A stretch of DNA of 64,000 nucleotides from Patescibacteria group bacterium (GTDB lineage Bacteria > Patescibacteriota > Minisyncoccia > UBA6257 > GWB1-50-10), in contig JBFLWN010000002.1 of the NCBI GenBank assembly GCA_040757555.1, positions 83,116 to 147,115 of the forward strand. The letters are read 5' to 3'. Each line of letters starts with the position of its first letter. Positions within the stretch are counted from its first letter, which is position 1. A program made the position numbers and the translations under genes. Of this stretch, positions 50,884-60,721 are shown piece by piece. The notes beneath the pieces are model-generated. The model saw only the letters and a program-made list of their open reading frames with translations, did not search any database and was not told the origin of the DNA.

Positions 50884-51123
50884 TTATTTCCCCAACAATT
50901 CTTCAAAGACATCGGGTCTGAATCCTATTATGATTTCCCCCTCAATATCGATTACGGGCACCCCCATCTGTCCGCTCTTTAAAATCATTTCCTGTGCCGC
51001 TGACCTGTCCTCTCCCACATTCTTATCTTCGAAAGAAATCCCCTTTTGTTTGAAATAATCCTTCGTATACACACAATACGGACATGTGGTGGTTGAATAC
51101 ACAATCACTTTTTTATTTTCCAT
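50884..51123 (-). CDS. glutaredoxin/NrdH-like redoxin, second copy
   Basis: YSTTTCPYC, GQMGVPVIDI. Confidence 0.9.
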   Translation of the reverse strand: MENKKVIVYSTTTCPYCVYTKDYFKQKGISFEDKNVGEDRSAAQEMILKSGQMGVPVIDIEGEIIIGFRPDVFEELLGK

Positions 51124-51146
51124 ATTTTTTAATTAATAACGACATT

Positions 51147-51419
51147 TTATTTATATTTGCAGATAAACTTTTTTAAATCCCTCACAAAGACCCCCTTGGG
51201 CAATGTATAGCAGATCTTTTTCCCTTCGCGCACCGGAACAACCAATTTCTCTCCCGACATAACCCGAAGATGGTGGGAGGTGATTGCAACACTCGCGTGA
51301 AGAGTTTTTGCCATATCCGACACACATACCTTCTTCCTTCTGAAGAGTACACATAAAATTCTAAGCCTACTTTCATCCCCAGCGGTACGCATTAATTGTG
51401 CCAACTCATTCAAATGCAT
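51147..51419 (-). CDS. ArsR/SmtB-family regulator
   Basis: GDESRLRIL, VCVSDMA, TSHHLRVM, REGKKICY. Confidence 0.88.
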   Translation of the reverse strand: MHLNELAQLMRTAGDESRLRILCVLFRRKKVCVSDMAKTLHASVAITSHHLRVMSGEKLVVPVREGKKICYTLPKGVFVRDLKKFICKYK

Positions 51420-51525
51420 ATTTGAATGCTATATTTTCTATTTATTTTGTCAATAGGATATGAAATAAAAAATACCACACGGTTGTATTACTTATGAAAG
51501 GTCGATTCGGTTCATACAATGGAAC

Positions 51526-51909
51526 ATGATTATTATGAACAAAACAAAAAAAACGGTATTGAGCCTTGGAATGATTGCATTAGTGATGGGCGTGACCATG
51601 ATTTTTGCTGAATCAGTAAGTGCATATCAAGGAGATCCAGCAACAAAAGGTCCCAACTATTCGACAGAACGTCACGCTGCGATGGAAAAAGCCTTTGAGA
51701 CGAATGATTACACCGCCTGGAAAAACCTTATGCAAAACAAAGGTAGAGTTACGCAAGTTATCAATAAAGACAATTTTGCAAAATTTGCCCAGGCGCATAC
51801 ATTAGTGGAAAAAGGCGATATGGTTGGAGCTCAAAAAATAAAACAAGAGCTCGGATTTGGATTGAGAAATGGTGGAGGAAAAGGAATGAGAGGTATGTCG
51901 CAAAAATAA
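51526..51909 (+). CDS. exported hypothetical protein
   Basis: Signal peptide ending VSA; helical domain; Gly-rich tail. Confidence 0.7.
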   Translation: MIIMNKTKKTVLSLGMIALVMGVTMIFAESVSAYQGDPATKGPNYSTERHAAMEKAFETNDYTAWKNLMQNKGRVTQVINKDNFAKFAQAHTLVEKGDMVGAQKIKQELGFGLRNGGGKGMRGMSQK

Positions 51910-51914
51910 AACCA

Positions 51915-51955
51915 AATAACAAAAAAGCGACACCTTGTGTCGCTTTTTTGTTATT
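51915..51955. terminator. bidirectional hairpin, GCGACA family
   Basis: AATAACAAAAAAGCGACAC-CTT-GTGTCGCTTTTTTGTTATT between convergent genes. Confidence 0.75.
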
Positions 51956-52160
51956 CCTCTTCAATCTCCCGTTTTATATCTTTAAACTCGTTTTCAACTT
52001 CTTTCAATCTCGTTTTGCTGAGCTTGATGAGTGCCGATGCCTGTTTCACTTTTTCGAGTGCCTCCTCAACATCCAATTCCTCTTGTGCATTAAACCACTC
52101 GAGAATCTTTTCTATCTCTTTTAATTGATCTTTAAATTGTTTTGATTCTTTCTTTACCAT
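51951..52160 (-). CDS. xseB: exodeoxyribonuclease VII small subunit
   Basis: F...LKEIEKI...ELDVEEALE...L; follows xseA. Confidence 0.85.
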   Translation of the reverse strand: MVKKESKQFKDQLKEIEKILEWFNAQEELDVEEALEKVKQASALIKLSKTRLKEVENEFKDIKREIEEE

Positions 52161-52162
52161 AA

Positions 52163-53296
52163 TTATATAGTAACACGATCGACCGTTGATTCGACACTTC
52201 CGTCGCTCAATTGCACATTCAACGAATCCCCTTTTTCCAAACCACGAGCATTTTTCACCACCTTCCCTTCTTTTCGCACTATTGAATATCCAAATTTCAA
52301 TTGGCGTGTCGGATCATTGAATTTTATCGTCTGCTCTGCAAACGCAATTTTTTGTTTTATTGTTTCTATCCGCTCTATCACATGATCAATAATTGAACTC
52401 CACGACAAATCCACATCCGCATAAATTCTTTTGATCTCCTGTGCAACGCGCGTGAGTATTTGTGACATCTGACCGATTTTTGCGTATGCCTCCTGCCACG
52501 AATAATTAATAAGATGTGTTGCGGCAGTGGGAGTCGAAACCATCACATCCGCGGCAAGCGCCACAAGCGGAACATCTTTATCGTGTCCAATCCCCGCAAT
52601 TACAGGAACCGGAAAGTTCACCACTTCCCGCACCAGTGCCTCATTATTAAATGCCTGAAGTGACTCCAACGACCCTCCTCCGCGGATAATCACCAACACC
52701 TCAATATCTTTTTTTTTCAACGTGTGTATCGCTTCAATGAGTGATTTCACCGCCTGCTGTCCCTCCACTCGTGAATCCACTAAATTTACTTGATATCCAA
52801 ATTTCCCCAAATTGTTTATAAAATCGTGAATCACGGCTCCTTCTCGAGATGTAATGACTCCAATTTTATGAATAAGCTCCGGCAATGGGCGTTTTCGCTC
52901 GGGAGCAAAAATTCCCTCCCCTTCCAATTTCTTTTTCAGCTCATCATATGCTTTTTTAAGTGCCCCTTCACCGCGAAGTTCAATTGTGTCCGCCACAAAA
53001 GAAAATCTCCCCGTTGGAGCGTATATTTGCGGATGACCCGTGAGTAACAATTCCATTCCTACCTCCATATTGATTCCACACCGCATATAATTCCCCTTCC
53101 ATATAACGGAACTCATCACCGCATCACTATTTTGATCTTTTAGCGAAAAATACACATGACCCGATACCGCTTTCTGCACCTGCGAGACTTCACCGATTAA
53201 TTTAATTTCCTCGCGTTTCAAAAACGTGTTCAGTATCTCAATGTATTCCGAAACAGTAAAAATTTTTTCTTTCTGATCTTCCATAGATATTTTCAT
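52163..53296 (-). CDS. xseA: exodeoxyribonuclease VII large subunit
   Basis: SGHVYFSLKD, IGVITS, RGGGSLE, GIGHDKD, STPTAA. Confidence 0.95.
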   Translation of the reverse strand: MKISMEDQKEKIFTVSEYIEILNTFLKREEIKLIGEVSQVQKAVSGHVYFSLKDQNSDAVMSSVIWKGNYMRCGINMEVGMELLLTGHPQIYAPTGRFSFVADTIELRGEGALKKAYDELKKKLEGEGIFAPERKRPLPELIHKIGVITSREGAVIHDFINNLGKFGYQVNLVDSRVEGQQAVKSLIEAIHTLKKKDIEVLVIIRGGGSLESLQAFNNEALVREVVNFPVPVIAGIGHDKDVPLVALAADVMVSTPTAATHLINYSWQEAYAKIGQMSQILTRVAQEIKRIYADVDLSWSSIIDHVIERIETIKQKIAFAEQTIKFNDPTRQLKFGYSIVRKEGKVVKNARGLEKGDSLNVQLSDGSVESTVDRVTI

Positions 53297-53475
53297 TATA
53301 CCCGAAATCGAATTTCAACCTTATCTTTTTCCTCCACTTTATCACCAAGCACCGCACACCTCCCATTTATAAACACCCGTTTTTTCTTAATCAACTCATC
53401 AATCTCCCTTCGCGTGGAATTTTTCTCACGTGCCAAATATTTATTCACCCGCATTGGAAATATTGATTCCTCCAT
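53296..53475 (-). CDS. stand-alone S4 RNA-binding domain protein (59 aa)
   Basis: Manual translation MEESIFPMRVNKYLAREKNSTRREIDELIKKKRVFINGRCAVLGDKVEEKDKVEIRFRV; its TAA overlaps the xseA ATG (TAATG). Confidence 0.75.
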   Translation of the reverse strand: MEESIFPMRVNKYLAREKNSTRREIDELIKKKRVFINGRCAVLGDKVEEKDKVEIRFRV

Positions 53476-53477
53476 AA

Positions 53478-54737
53478 TTATTTTTTATGTTCCGCCGATG
53501 CCGTTCCCGCGACAAATCCGGTAGTCCAGCAAATCTGAAGACTATATCCGCCTGACGGCCGATCAATATTCAATACATCGCCCACAACATACAAATTCGG
53601 AAAAAGCCGAGAACGCATTGTTTTAAAATCTACTTCATGAAGCGCGACTCCTCCACTCGTTACAATCGCTTTATCGACTCCAAGAAGCTTACTCACATGC
53701 ATCGGAATACCTTTCAATATCGTGACAAGTTTTAAACGCTCTTCCCGTGTGACGCTATTACACTGGACATCCGGATTAATGAGAGAAAGTTTCACAACAA
53801 GCGGAACCATCGCGGAAGGAATAAGATTCACGAGGGCATTTTGAAATTTTTTCTTATCATGTTCCCGAAATAAATCCTGAAGCTTTTTATTCAATGTCCC
53901 ATAATCTTCCTTTGGGAGTAGATCAAGTGAGAGCACCACATTCCCATATCTCAATAATTCTCCAACATCTTTACTCATGTTGAGCACCGTGGGGCCACTT
54001 ATCCCTACATGCGTAAAAAGAATTTTCCCTTTTGTCACATTTTGTTTTTTTTCATCAAGAAACACCGTGAGCTTAATATCGGAAAGACTCGTTCCTGAAA
54101 GTCGTTTCACCCACCTGTCTTTTATCGCAATCGGCACGAGTGAGGGGGTTGGGGTAATAATCGTATGCCCAATTTTCTTGAGCCACCTAAATCCATCTCC
54201 TGTTGAACCGGTTTCCGGATGCGATGTTCCCCCTGTTGCAATAACAACAGATTTTCCCCGTATAAGTTCTTTATTTTTTAGTGTTACCCCAATAATCTCA
54301 TTTCCCTTGCGCGTTATTTCAGCCACAGGCGAATTGGAAAATATAGTCACTTTATTTTTCTGCATATACTTCACAAGCACATTAAGTACGGACTCAGAAG
54401 AATTTGACATGGGAAATGTGCGCAAGCCCTCCTCCACTTTTGTTGCCATCCCCTTTGCATGAAAAAAATCTAATGTTTCTTTGACACTCCACTGAGAAAA
54501 AGCTGAGAAAAGAAATTTTCCATCACTTTTAAATTTTTCAAGAAGTTTGCGATTGTCGAATTCCGAATTGGTTAGATTACACCGCCCCCCGCCGGTAATC
54601 AGAAGTTTTTTGCCGAGTGTTTCATTTTTTTCAATCACCACCACTTTTGCTCCTTTTTCTGCAGCAACTCCAGCCGCCATCATACCTGCCGGCCCCCCTC
54701 CCACCACAATCACATCCCACAACTTTTTATCGTCCAT
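53478..54737 (-). CDS. HI0933/YhiN (BaiN-like) flavoprotein
   Basis: GGGPAG, KLLITGGGRCNLTN, ATGG..P..GSTGDG, LFTH.GISGP, GGYSLQ. Confidence 0.92.
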   Translation of the reverse strand: MDDKKLWDVIVVGGGPAGMMAAGVAAEKGAKVVVIEKNETLGKKLLITGGGRCNLTNSEFDNRKLLEKFKSDGKFLFSAFSQWSVKETLDFFHAKGMATKVEEGLRTFPMSNSSESVLNVLVKYMQKNKVTIFSNSPVAEITRKGNEIIGVTLKNKELIRGKSVVIATGGTSHPETGSTGDGFRWLKKIGHTIITPTPSLVPIAIKDRWVKRLSGTSLSDIKLTVFLDEKKQNVTKGKILFTHVGISGPTVLNMSKDVGELLRYGNVVLSLDLLPKEDYGTLNKKLQDLFREHDKKKFQNALVNLIPSAMVPLVVKLSLINPDVQCNSVTREERLKLVTILKGIPMHVSKLLGVDKAIVTSGGVALHEVDFKTMRSRLFPNLYVVGDVLNIDRPSGGYSLQICWTTGFVAGTASAEHKK

Positions 54738-54796
54738 TAGCGCTATCCTAACAGAAAAGCGAGGTTGATTCCATCAAACATTTATACAAGGTATTG

Positions 54797-57475
54797 CTAC
54801 AAGATTTTTTCTTTGGAACGATTTTTGTATAATAGTTTTCTAATTTCCTCACATACAAGAATAGTAGCTCCGACTAATACCGCGTGAATCCACTCGGAAA
54901 CAGAAAGCGGGGTAGTATGTAAATATTTCTGCATAAACGGATGATATATAGCAAAAATCTGAAGTACAATAACAGTGATTGTCGCATATACTAAAAACAT
55001 ATTTTTAAATGGATTGAGAGTAAATATTGACCTATCTTCGCTTTTACAATTCCACGCATTGAACCACTGAAATACTGCAAGTGTGGTGAGCGAAATAGTA
55101 ATCGCCTTTTCTATTCCATCGTCTAAGTATTGCGAAAAAATAAAAATTGTTCCAAGTGCAATAATACTTCCCATAAAAAACATTCTTTTTATTGTGAACG
55201 AATCAAGGATATACTTAGGCGGCTTTGTATAATGTTTTTTAAGTAATCCATCTTCTTTTGGCTCCATAACAAGCGATACATCAAGAAACCCGTCGGTAAC
55301 AAAGTTAAGCCATATAATCTGTGCGGGAAGAATCGGCAAGGGAAGTCCAATAAAAATGGCGCCAGAGATCGTCAGCACCTCTCCAATGCTAGTTGAGAAA
55401 AGATAAAGAATAACTTTTTTTATTGTCTTATAGATACTGCGTCCCTCTTCAACCGCAGCGATAATATTCCCAAAGTTATCATCCAAAAGAACTAAATCCG
55501 CTGCCTCTTTCGCTACTTCAGTGCCAACTCTTCCCATTGCAACTCCAAGATCTGCTGCAGCAAGAGATGGCGCATCATTCACCCCATCACCAGTCATTGC
55601 GACGACCTCTCCACGTTTTCTGAAAAGTTCAATAATTCGAAGCTTGTGTCTTGGGGTTACCCGAGCAAACACATTACAATTCTCAAATTTTTCAAGAAGT
55701 TCATCATCGGAAAATTTATCAAGTTCTTCTCCGGTAATAGTGCCCTCCATATGATCCGTTAACCCAGCCTCATCGGCTATGGCACGTGCAGTTATTTTAT
55801 GATCACCCGTTATCATAACAACACGTATTCCCGCATGATGAGCTTCTTTGATGGCAATGATTGCTTCTTCCCGCAAAGGATCTTTCATTGCAAAAAAACC
55901 GCAAAACGTAAGTTGTGGGAGATCATCACTTGAAACAACTGGGGAAACATCATCATTAATAGCAAATGCAAGAACACGGAACCCCTGTTTAGATAGATCA
56001 GAAAAAACCCCCTCCAATTCTTCCCTTTCCTCATTTGAAAGTTTTTCAGATTTGTTTTCACTCCACACGCGCGCGGAAGATTCAAAAATTTTTTCAGGAG
56101 CACCAACTACAGTCAAAAAATTCTTACCTTCAAGTTCGTGTATGGTGAGATGATATTTTGTAAGATAATCAAACGGCAATTCAAAGATTTTTTTTGAATC
56201 TTGTGCCGAATTTTTGAATCCAACTTTTGATCCGAATATTCCAAGTGCTGCCTCTGTCGGATCGCCGGATACTTTCCACATCTTTGTGTCTTCAAAATAC
56301 ATTGCGTTCGCATTAGAACAAAATGATGCAACTCTTCCCGCAAGCATAAGATCTGGATGACTAAGTGGATCTATAATTTTATTTTCAAGGTACACCTCTC
56401 CTTTTGGCTCATACCCAGAACCATGAATATCAAAAAATTGCCCGTTTATGTATACCCTTTCGAGAACCATCTCGTTTTTTGTTAACGTTCCAGTTTTATC
56501 CACCGCAATTATTTTCGCCTGCCCAAGTGCTTCAACTGCCTGTAATTTTTTAACAAGTACATTTCGTTTTGTCATCCGCCATACACCAGTGGCAAGTACC
56601 AACGTCATTACAATCGGTAACCCCTCGGGAATAATTGAAACAGATAAAGAAACGACGATAGCAAACATTTCTCGCAATGGCTTTCCAGACGCGACACCAA
56701 ATATCATAAGCACCGCACTTATAATAAACACAGTAATAATAATCAATTTGGAAAGAAAACGAATGTTTTTTTTGAGTGGAACTTCTGTATCAATAGAAGA
56801 AATTGTCTGTGATATTTTTCCTATCTCAGTTGAAATCCCAGTTTCTACAACAATTGCGGTTCCATTTCCACCTACAATATTAGTCCCTTCGAACACCATG
56901 TTTTTCTGATCATGCGGAGGTAAAAAGGCATCGGGTAATACATCAATAGTTTTCGCTGCTGGAACTGATTCTCCAGTAAGACTCGATTCATTCACCTTAA
57001 GTGAATTACTGATGATAATTCGGGCATCAGCGGGAATTTTATCTCCTTCTTGAAGAATAATAATATCCCCAGAGACAATTTCCTTGTCTGGGATAACGAT
57101 AATTCTATTATCGCGTAATACCGACGCGGATGTTTCAACAAATTTTCTAAGTGCAAGGAGTGTTCGTTGGGCCCTCCCTTCCTGGATCGTTCCCATAGTT
57201 GCATTAAATATGAGCACGAGAAAAATAATAACCGCATCAACGGCGTTACCTATAAAAAAAACAATGATTGCGGCAGTGATAAGTATATAAATAAGCGGAC
57301 TAAAAAACTGTGAAAAAAATACAAAAAAAATACTTGGCACCTTCGATTCTGGAAGTGAATTCGGACCGTTTTTAATTAAACGTTCCTGTGCTTCTTTTAT
57401 ACTGAGTCCAGACTCTGAGGAGTTAAGTTCTTTAGATATTTCAGAAAATTCTTTTGCGTACCAGAAAACACTCAT
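54797..57475 (-). CDS. P-type cation-transporting ATPase (P2/PacL-like)
   Basis: TGES, IPEGL, DKTGTLT, MITGDH, TGDGVNDAP. Confidence 0.95.
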   Translation of the reverse strand: MSVFWYAKEFSEISKELNSSESGLSIKEAQERLIKNGPNSLPESKVPSIFFVFFSQFFSPLIYILITAAIIVFFIGNAVDAVIIFLVLIFNATMGTIQEGRAQRTLLALRKFVETSASVLRDNRIIVIPDKEIVSGDIIILQEGDKIPADARIIISNSLKVNESSLTGESVPAAKTIDVLPDAFLPPHDQKNMVFEGTNIVGGNGTAIVVETGISTEIGKISQTISSIDTEVPLKKNIRFLSKLIIITVFIISAVLMIFGVASGKPLREMFAIVVSLSVSIIPEGLPIVMTLVLATGVWRMTKRNVLVKKLQAVEALGQAKIIAVDKTGTLTKNEMVLERVYINGQFFDIHGSGYEPKGEVYLENKIIDPLSHPDLMLAGRVASFCSNANAMYFEDTKMWKVSGDPTEAALGIFGSKVGFKNSAQDSKKIFELPFDYLTKYHLTIHELEGKNFLTVVGAPEKIFESSARVWSENKSEKLSNEEREELEGVFSDLSKQGFRVLAFAINDDVSPVVSSDDLPQLTFCGFFAMKDPLREEAIIAIKEAHHAGIRVVMITGDHKITARAIADEAGLTDHMEGTITGEELDKFSDDELLEKFENCNVFARVTPRHKLRIIELFRKRGEVVAMTGDGVNDAPSLAAADLGVAMGRVGTEVAKEAADLVLLDDNFGNIIAAVEEGRSIYKTIKKVILYLFSTSIGEVLTISGAIFIGLPLPILPAQIIWLNFVTDGFLDVSLVMEPKEDGLLKKHYTKPPKYILDSFTIKRMFFMGSIIALGTIFIFSQYLDDGIEKAITISLTTLAVFQWFNAWNCKSEDRSIFTLNPFKNMFLVYATITVIVLQIFAIYHPFMQKYLHTTPLSVSEWIHAVLVGATILVCEEIRKLLYKNRSKEKIL

Positions 57476-57557
57476 TCTTTAATCTTAACAGAAATAATTC
57501 AGTTCAGAAGGGTTCAATAAAATTGATAGAATATGTTTCATATATTATTATTCCTAT

Positions 57558-58127
57558 ATGGGAAAAATAAAACTTGCGGTGTCAGGAGAAAGTGGATCAT
57601 TCTCTGAAGAAGCCGGACTTATTTATGCACAAAGATCAGGAAAAGAAATGGAATTTATATTTGCCATTGATATGGAAGGAGTGCTTTCTCGCGTGGAAAA
57701 AGGTGAAGTTGAATTGGGAATTTTTCCGGTGGTAAATTCACGCGGTGGACTTGTGCAAACCGCGTTTGAAGCAATGGGACGTCACCTTTTCACGATGATC
57801 GATGAAGTGTGGCTCGATGTACATCAATGTCTCATGGTGCTTCCGAATGTAAAAAAAGAAGAAATAAAAAATATCACCAGTCATCCGCAAGCACTCTCAC
57901 AGTGTGAACGATATCTCTCAAAAGAATTCAAGGGTATTCCGCTTACCGAATGGGAAGATACCGCGAAAGCCGCAAAAGATCTTGCGGAAGGAATTCTCCC
58001 GAAAGACACCGCTGTTATTGCTCCTGCCCGCTCGGCGTATATTTATGGACTCTCAATTATCGCGCCAAGTATTCAGGATAATCATCCAAACCTCACCACA
58101 TTCATTGTGGTGAAAAAAACTTCGTAA
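57558..58127 (+). CDS. prephenate dehydratase catalytic domain only (no ACT)
   Basis: GESGSFSEEA, PVVNSRGG, SHPQALSQC, TAKAA, IQD...NLTTF. Confidence 0.8.
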   Translation: MGKIKLAVSGESGSFSEEAGLIYAQRSGKEMEFIFAIDMEGVLSRVEKGEVELGIFPVVNSRGGLVQTAFEAMGRHLFTMIDEVWLDVHQCLMVLPNVKKEEIKNITSHPQALSQCERYLSKEFKGIPLTEWEDTAKAAKDLAEGILPKDTAVIAPARSAYIYGLSIIAPSIQDNHPNLTTFIVVKKTS

Positions 58128-58155
58128 TTATCCCCTGCAGTGATAAACTGAATAC

Positions 58156-59061
58156 ATGCAATGGTTTTGGATCGCACTTGCTGCCCCAATGCTTTGGGGA
58201 ATGGTGAATCACGTTGATAAATTCATCATTTCAAAATATTTCAGTGGAAAGGGAATCGGCTCTCTTGTCATATTTACAAGTTTGAGTGGGTTTTTATTTT
58301 CCATCTTTATCGCATTATTCTATCCGAGTGCACTTTCAATAACCCTTTTCAACGCGATAATTATTGCCCTTAATGGAGCGCTTCTTGTCGCCTCATTTAT
58401 TCCCTACCTTCACGCACTTGAACACGAGGAACCCTCAATGATCACCGCACTTTTCCAGATTATTCCCGTATTTAGTTATTTCCTCGCTCTCTTTTTTCTA
58501 GACGAACATTTAACCATAATACAAATTCTTTCATCTCTCCTTATTCTCGCAGGGGGCATTGTGATTTCCCTTGATCTCTCATTACACATTCGATTCAAGT
58601 TAAAACCATTCTTATGGATGCTCCTTTCCACATTTATGCTTGCGGTAAACGGACTTATTTTTAAAATAGTTGCACTTGATGAAAATTTCTGGGGCACCGC
58701 ATTCTGGGAATATATTGGCGGGGCGATGTTTGGTATATTCCTTCTCGTGTTTATCCCACTTTATCGAAAACAGTTTTTTGCAACAATCGAAAAAAGCAGA
58801 GCGATGGTGCTTGGACTAAATTCTATCGCTGAACTTTTAAATATCATCGCAAAACTTCTCGCAAATTTTGCCAGTCTCTCAGCACCACTTGCACTTGTCT
58901 GGGTCATCAACGGCGTACAACCGCTTGTCGTATTTATTTATGGAGTTATTCTTACCCTCTTCTTTCCGCAAATTGGAAAAGAAACACTCGATAGAACAAC
59001 CATTGTTCAGCGAGTATTCTCAATTATTCTCATCTTTACTGGAGTGTATTTCCTTTTGTAA
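58156..59061 (+). CDS. EamA/DMT-family transporter (two domains)
   Basis: About 10 TMs; W...N.VDK, FLDE. Confidence 0.8.
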   Translation: MQWFWIALAAPMLWGMVNHVDKFIISKYFSGKGIGSLVIFTSLSGFLFSIFIALFYPSALSITLFNAIIIALNGALLVASFIPYLHALEHEEPSMITALFQIIPVFSYFLALFFLDEHLTIIQILSSLLILAGGIVISLDLSLHIRFKLKPFLWMLLSTFMLAVNGLIFKIVALDENFWGTAFWEYIGGAMFGIFLLVFIPLYRKQFFATIEKSRAMVLGLNSIAELLNIIAKLLANFASLSAPLALVWVINGVQPLVVFIYGVILTLFFPQIGKETLDRTTIVQRVFSIILIFTGVYFLL

Positions 59062-59065
59062 ATAT

Positions 59066-59707
59066 TTAAATAATTTCCCCTATTCTTTTTACCGCCAATG
59101 GCATGTTTCTCATTCCCTGCCCAACAGGATAATAAATGGGATATATATCAAACATTTCTCCCTTTATAAAAAGTTTTTCTTTTTTTATACCCTTATAATC
59201 TCCCACTTTTATCGGTTTTTTAAGAAGTATCGAACTTACTTGATTTCCAAATGTAATAATCACTTTCGGTTTTATAAGAGCTATTTCCCTGTACATTAAT
59301 TCAAGATAGTCCTTAAATACTGAATCATTTAATTTCCGTGCATCAATTTGAGTGCATTTTGCGAGATTTGTTATAAAAATTTTATTTTTTGCAATTTCTC
59401 CATAAAGTTTGGTTGAAAATTCAGGAGTCCAATCATCTACTTTAAGACTTAGTATTTCTTCAAATGTCTTTTTGGAAATAAATCCAACTGCATAAAATAA
59501 TCTCCAGATATTTTTTGTACCAAGCCAAGGTGCCCTTATCCCACTCCATTTATAATTCGTCGAAACATTTCTCCCTGTTGGATTCATGAATATAAACATA
59601 ACCCGCGGACGTTTTATGCACCCAGCACCATAAATCGAAGAAAGGTGTTTTGCTCCGTGTATATTATGGAGCTTATCAAATGCAGCGTGAAGAGTTTTGA
59701 TCTGCAT
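59066..59707 (-). CDS. uracil-DNA glycosylase superfamily protein
   Basis: PRVMFI, FITNLAKC, EIALIKPKVIITFGN, IYYP. Confidence 0.75.
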   Translation of the reverse strand: MQIKTLHAAFDKLHNIHGAKHLSSIYGAGCIKRPRVMFIFMNPTGRNVSTNYKWSGIRAPWLGTKNIWRLFYAVGFISKKTFEEILSLKVDDWTPEFSTKLYGEIAKNKIFITNLAKCTQIDARKLNDSVFKDYLELMYREIALIKPKVIITFGNQVSSILLKKPIKVGDYKGIKKEKLFIKGEMFDIYPIYYPVGQGMRNMPLAVKRIGEII

Positions 59708-59713
59708 ACGCTA

Positions 59714-60634
59714 CTACCTATCAAAGATAGAAACAAGATATAAATCGATTTCGCGTTGCGTTAGATCATAAAAATATTTGTTCTCATCATGAAGTCTTTT
59801 TGCAAGTTGAATTCCCACAAACCGCCAATGCCACGGTTCATATTGATAATATGAGTTCCCCTTCGGATATGAGAGCACAAATCCAAATCGATATGCATTC
59901 TCAGTGAGCCATTTATACGCCGGATCGCTTTCGAGTTGTAATGAGAGAGTTTTTAATTTTGGCGTAGTGAAATCAATCGTCGTGCCAAGTTGGTGTTCCG
60001 AATATCCCTGATCGGCGGAAAATTTATTCGCTCCCGACCCATATATGACCTTATATCCTGTCTTTATAGAAATCTGTTCATCAAATGAGCGATATGCAGA
60101 GACAATTTTCAAATCAACCCCAACACCACTTGCGGTTTTTATCATATCCACAAGAAACGGCTCTACTCCTGCGTGAATCTTTTTTTCGACACTTGAATCA
60201 TATAAATAATCCTTAAAAATACCCGTGAGCCTCGAGGGAATATAATTTTCGCTTAAAAAATAAACTTTCGAATATTTCTGCAGGAGCTCCTTATCGGTTT
60301 GACTCAATTTCTGAAGCGTCCCCACGGTTCCGGAAATATCCTGCACCATCCCCGAAAGTCCAACAACTTGTGATTCAAGACTGGTATTTTTATCAAGTTG
60401 TTCCTGAACGGTCTGAGAAAGGTTTCTATTTCTGTCGCTTAAATCAATGTTCTCGTTTCTCGCGCGAAGAAAATTCTCTTTATTAAATTTTAGCGATTCG
60501 TTAATTTTGGATATTTCGTCCCTCAATATCAGATTTTCGTTATAAAGATTCCAGAAAAGATATCCCCCACTTCCGGCTGCGCTCAGTAGTACAAGTGTCC
60601 CCGCTATAATAAAAAGACGTTTCTTATTCACCAT
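59714..60634 (-). CDS. M15B (VanY-like) D,D-carboxypeptidase with TM and coiled coil
   Basis: SAYRS, GYSEHQLGTTIDF, YEPWHWRFVG. Confidence 0.9.
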   Translation of the reverse strand: MVNKKRLFIIAGTLVLLSAAGSGGYLFWNLYNENLILRDEISKINESLKFNKENFLRARNENIDLSDRNRNLSQTVQEQLDKNTSLESQVVGLSGMVQDISGTVGTLQKLSQTDKELLQKYSKVYFLSENYIPSRLTGIFKDYLYDSSVEKKIHAGVEPFLVDMIKTASGVGVDLKIVSAYRSFDEQISIKTGYKVIYGSGANKFSADQGYSEHQLGTTIDFTTPKLKTLSLQLESDPAYKWLTENAYRFGFVLSYPKGNSYYQYEPWHWRFVGIQLAKRLHDENKYFYDLTQREIDLYLVSIFDR

Positions 60635-60721
60635 GTCCTTATACGCCTATAATATCATCTTTTACGAACAATAAAAAATAATATATACTTTGGAAAGTAA
60701 ATAAAAAAAAGAGGTAATCAT

